Source: Leptolyngbyaceae cyanobacterium (GTDB lineage: Bacteria; Cyanobacteriota; Cyanobacteriia; Phormidesmidales; Phormidesmidaceae). From it: DNA of 64,000 bases. Below the pieces are notes generated by a model. That model made no database searches. It had not been told where the DNA came from and saw only the letters and a program-made list of their open reading frames with translations. Shown here piece after piece: positions 60,709-64,000 of this stretch. The stretch spans positions 2,976,001 to 3,040,000 of the forward strand of contig CBDHHL010000032.1 of NCBI GenBank assembly GCA_965263355.1, written 5' to 3'. Positions within the stretch are counted from its first letter, which is position 1, and each line of letters opens with the position of its first letter. A program made the position numbers and the translations under genes.

Positions 60709-61494
60709 ATGGGGCATTGGCTGAGGGCTGTTGTGCGGGCGTGGCAACAGCAGTGGGCCTCACTTAATGGAGCTTTGTTGTTTTATACCTGTTTCCCATT
60801 GCCCCGACAATGGCCAGCAGAATTTGGCCATATTGCTCGGGTTGTCCCTGGTGTTGGTTTAGCGTTGGGTGGCTGCCTGGTAGGGGTGGATGTGTTGTTC
60901 GGTTTTGGTGCGCCACTATTACTGCGCAGTGCCATTGTTGTTTTTACGGGAGTGTGGCTGACGGGGGGCCTACATCTGGATGGCGCTATGGATACGGCGG
61001 ATGGCCTTGCTGTGCAAGATCACCAGCGACGTTTGGAAGTGATGGCTGACAGTCGATCTGGAGCATTTGGAGTGATGGTTGCGATCGCAATTTTATTGCT
61101 TAAAACCATAGCTTTGGCAACTATCATCCGTGGACGCTGGTTTGCCCTCATCGCTGCGGCTGCTTGGGGACGGTGGGGGCAGCAGTGGGCAATTGGCCGC
61201 TATCCCTATCTCAAACCCAATGGCAAGGGGGCGTTTCATAAGCAGGCGCTGCCATCCTGTTGGTATGCGTTGCCTTGGGCGTTAGGTCTAGGAATGCTCA
61301 CGATCTTGGTTGCTGGGCTGGGCTGGCTGCCCTGGTCCTTGGGGCTCGTGGCAACTGCTGTTGGTGTGAGCAGTGCTATGTTGGTCGCTGATTGGCTGAA
61401 CTACAAGTTGGGCGGCCACACTGGCGACACCTATGGAGCCGTTGTGGAATGGGTGGAAGTAGCGGTACTGGTTGGTCTAGCGTGTTTTCATTAG
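60709..61494 (+). CDS. cobS: Adenosylcobinamide-GDP ribazoletransferase
   Basis: [25 protein letters not shown] and [10 protein letters not shown]. Confidence 0.93.
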   Translation: MGHWLRAVVRAWQQQWASLNGALLFYTCFPLPRQWPAEFGHIARVVPGVGLALGGCLVGVDVLFGFGAPLLLRSAIVVFTGVWLTGGLHLDGAMDTADGLAVQDHQRRLEVMADSRSGAFGVMVAIAILLLKTIALATIIRGRWFALIAAAAWGRWGQQWAIGRYPYLKPNGKGAFHKQALPSCWYALPWALGLGMLTILVAGLGWLPWSLGLVATAVGVSSAMLVADWLNYKLGGHTGDTYGAVVEWVEVAVLVGLACFH

Positions 61495-62442
61495 GGGGGC
61501 TGTCAGGGATGGGTCCTGAAACAGTGGTGTGCTGAGGTAGCGTTCACCAAAGCTGGGTTGGATGACAACGATTAACTTATCTTGATTAGCGGCGCGACGG
61601 CCTACTGTAATGGCAGCACAGAGGGCCGCCCCACTGGAAATCCCTGATAAAATGCCTTCTTCTTTAGCAAGACGGCGACCATAAGCGATCGCATCATCAT
61701 CGGTTACAGCAATGACCTCATCAATCAGGTCTACCTGTAGAACATCTGGCACAAAGCCAGCACCAATGCCCTGAATTTTATGGGGTCCCGGCTTGCCGCC
61801 CGTGAGGATCTGACTGTTGGCAGGTTCCACAGCGATAGTTTGAAACTCAGGCTTATGTCGTTTAATGACTTCGCTTACCCCAGTAATGGTGCCTCCTGTG
61901 CCGACACCCGCCACCAAAAAATCCACCTGCCCCTCAGTGTCCTGCCAGATTTCGTCTGCTGTGGTTTGACGGTGCATATCTGGATTAGCTGGGTTATGAA
62001 ACTGTTGCAGCATATAGGCATTGGGGGTGGATGCTAAAATTTGCTGGGCTCGCTGGATACAGCCAGCCATGCCTTCATTGCCTGGGGTAAGCTCTAGTTC
62101 CGCGCCATAGGCCCGCAACATAGCCCGTCGTTCAGCACTCATCGTTTCTGGCATCGTCAGAATCAGGCGATAGCCCTTAGCTGCAGAAACCATAGCCAGG
62201 GCAATACCTGTATTACCGGACGTGGGTTCTACCAGGGTAGTTTGGCCTGGGTGAATCTTACCAGCAGCTTCTGCAGCGGCAATCATATTCACACCAATGC
62301 GATCCTTGACTGAGGCTGATGGATTCATGCTCTCTAGCTTCAGAACTATCTGAGCTACGCATCCTTCAGCTTGAGGAATCCGATTGAGTTTGACCAGTGG
62401 AGTTCGACCCACCAGCTCAGTAATATTTTGGGCAATCCGCAT
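61477..62442 (-). CDS. cysK: Cysteine synthase A
   Basis: [22 protein letters not shown] and [10 protein letters not shown]. Confidence 0.97.
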   Translation of the reverse strand: MRIAQNITELVGRTPLVKLNRIPQAEGCVAQIVLKLESMNPSASVKDRIGVNMIAAAEAAGKIHPGQTTLVEPTSGNTGIALAMVSAAKGYRLILTMPETMSAERRAMLRAYGAELELTPGNEGMAGCIQRAQQILASTPNAYMLQQFHNPANPDMHRQTTADEIWQDTEGQVDFLVAGVGTGGTITGVSEVIKRHKPEFQTIAVEPANSQILTGGKPGPHKIQGIGAGFVPDVLQVDLIDEVIAVTDDDAIAYGRRLAKEEGILSGISSGAALCAAITVGRRAANQDKLIVVIQPSFGERYLSTPLFQDPSLTAPLMKTR

Positions 62443-62463
62443 AGCTGACCCTGTCCTAACGCG

Positions 62464-62898
62464 CTAAATGTAATACATCAAATCAACCCGATGCTTAGCG
62501 TTACGTTGCTCTACTAGATCTTGTAGAGTATGAGCAGCCAGCACTTCCTGGGCAGCTGACTGGGCATTTTCCCACAAGCCTCGTACAACTTGGCGCTCCG
62601 TTGTCAGTACAGCATCGCTTGCATTGTCCTTATTTTCTAGACCTTCGATACAATTCACAATGTCTAAAACCAGGACACTCCAAGGGGCCTGGGCTAGTAA
62701 ATAACCCCCTTTAGCCCCCCGTTGACTTTTTACAAAACCGGCTCGACGTAATGTGGCTAAAAGTTGTTCTAGATAGCGATCAGGAATATTTTGTTGAGCT
62801 GCGATTTGACGAATTTGCAGAGGCTCGCCCTTTTCGTAGTTGAGGCTGAGGGCCAGCAGTGCTAAGAGAGCGTATTCACTTTTGCAGGAGAGTTCCAC
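62464..62898 (-). CDS. Rrf2 family transcriptional regulator (CymR-like)
   Basis: YLEQLL...SQRGAKGGY; lacks the IscR three-Cys cluster; directly upstream of cysK; start set at GTG 62898. Confidence 0.88.
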   Translation of the reverse strand: MELSCKSEYALLALLALSLNYEKGEPLQIRQIAAQQNIPDRYLEQLLATLRRAGFVKSQRGAKGGYLLAQAPWSVLVLDIVNCIEGLENKDNASDAVLTTERQVVRGLWENAQSAAQEVLAAHTLQDLVEQRNAKHRVDLMYYI

Positions 62899-62968
62899 GG
62901 GATGGCTAAGCTGCAACTCCTCTAGTATACTCCGGTTCTCCACTGGGGAAGTAGATATTTCGAGGGTA

Positions 62969-63337
62969 TTATGTTTCCTGCTGATCGTTTAATCTGTCTA
63001 GCAACCGGTTGTAGTCAGGGTGAAACCGAGGATGAAGCAACCGTTTGACCGGTTTCCCTTGATGAATGTGTTGCTCAAGAATTTCATCGGTGTCACTAGG
63101 ACGAACACGGCAGTACCAAACATTGTCTGGTACAACTCTTACCGTCGGTCCCGAACCGCATTGCCCTAGGCAAGAGCTTGGTGACACCATTAGCTCGGGA
63201 CCAGCGTGTTGCTTCAGGGCGGCTAGTACGTCTGCTGATTGAAAGCGTTGGCAGCTGCGATACTGACAAACTTGAATAAAGCGCCTCTGGGGTGCTGCTG
63301 ATTGATTAAATGACGAGTTAGTTGGCAATTCTCCCAT
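62969..63337 (-). CDS. Thioredoxin-like (2Fe-2S) ferredoxin
   Basis: VCQYRSC...CLGQCGSGP...WY motif; start set at ATG 63337. Confidence 0.8.
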   Translation of the reverse strand: MGELPTNSSFNQSAAPQRRFIQVCQYRSCQRFQSADVLAALKQHAGPELMVSPSSCLGQCGSGPTVRVVPDNVWYCRVRPSDTDEILEQHIHQGKPVKRLLHPRFHPDYNRLLDRLNDQQET

Positions 63338-63845
63338 GGGCAACCATGCATTTCCCCAAAAACTGAATAGCAGCAAGTATGAAACATCTAGAGAAATCAT
63401 ACTTGCTGCTTAATGAGAACCAAGGACACACACAACCAACCTTGTGCTTCGTATCATTGCAGGATTGCCCATAAAGTGCAACCTATCCTGATATCTAAAA
63501 GAAAAATTTATGAAAATGAGCCTGATCACGAGGCTCTGGGGAGTCAGTACTTTACAGGAGCTTCAAATGAGTCGTACGAAATCCTGACTGATCGCGTCCG
63601 GTATTGAAGGGCAGGCTTCGACGAATCTCAGCCATTCCCACAAGGGACTACCCCTGAAAGATGATCGCTTTTTAACAGGTTTAATAATAAATTCGGATTT
63701 GGTATCAGTAATATTCAGGAGCGCTCTCTGCTCCACTCGAAACTTTGAGTAGCAGAGAGCATCAGCAAAACGTCTGTTAAAGCTGAAATACTACTCATAA
63801 ATTACGATTCAATGTCTTACCAAAAAAATTGACCTGGACTCCAGG

Positions 63846-64000
63846 CTAATTTGAGCCTAAAAAACGATTGACCACACCGTTGATTGTCTTTTGCATGCTG
63901 CGTTTGCGTCGCCATTGGTTGAGGTCCCGGTCGTAGCGTTCCCCTGAGGTTTGCAGAGTACGCCAGGTTTTTAACGATAGGCCTAGGCCCCAGAACAAGG
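63846..64000 (-). CDS. C-terminal end of a probable 2TM-domain protein (partial; starts beyond the window)
   Basis: Manual translation: ...LFWGLGLSLKTWRTLQTSGERYDRDLNQWRRKRSMQKTINGVVNRFLGSN*. Confidence 0.55.
   Translation of the reverse strand, partial: LFWGLGLSLKTWRTLQTSGERYDRDLNQWRRKRSMQKTINGVVNRFLGSN

Noticed and set aside
63413..63607. 64-aa ORF
   Set aside because: No motif or other support; treated as spurious

Overview
64 kb of a cyanobacterial chromosome. Evidence: about 25 HIP1 octamers (GCGATCGC) counted by eye, plus chlG, psbK, petP and a psb35-like gene. A filamentous Leptolyngbya-like organism is an inference. Most of the window is core housekeeping: sbcD, cysH, murE, xseA/xseB, recA, tyrA, lepA, polA, an mntCAB-type Mn ABC transporter, a 7TM-HD phosphodiesterase, hisF, a Get3/ArsA ATPase, PBP1A, potABCD, mrdA, pheT, a Ser/Thr kinase, tgt, cobS and rrf2-cysK. 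I found no rRNA, tRNA, CRISPR array, transposase or integrase. The notable items are: (1) a 72-76 bp TA-bounded hairpin element with a conserved 6-nt asymmetric bulge, present in three diverged copies (xseA/recA intergenic, upstream of a small phosphatase, upstream of pheT); (2) a stand-alone jacalin-lectin/GH24-lysozyme/M15-peptidase fusion; (3) an ABC/AAA-ATPase plus DUF4276-like two-gene module, a candidate defence or toxin system, whose 3' end overlaps xseB; (4) a small accessory islet after polA in which a phosphodiesterase gene is bracketed by 44-bp REP-like direct repeats; (5) several palindromic and nested micro-elements, and candidate LexA, ManR and Rrf2 operators. psbK and a partial 2TM-domain gene are absent from the supplied ORF track. 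All family assignments come from motif recognition; no database search was run.
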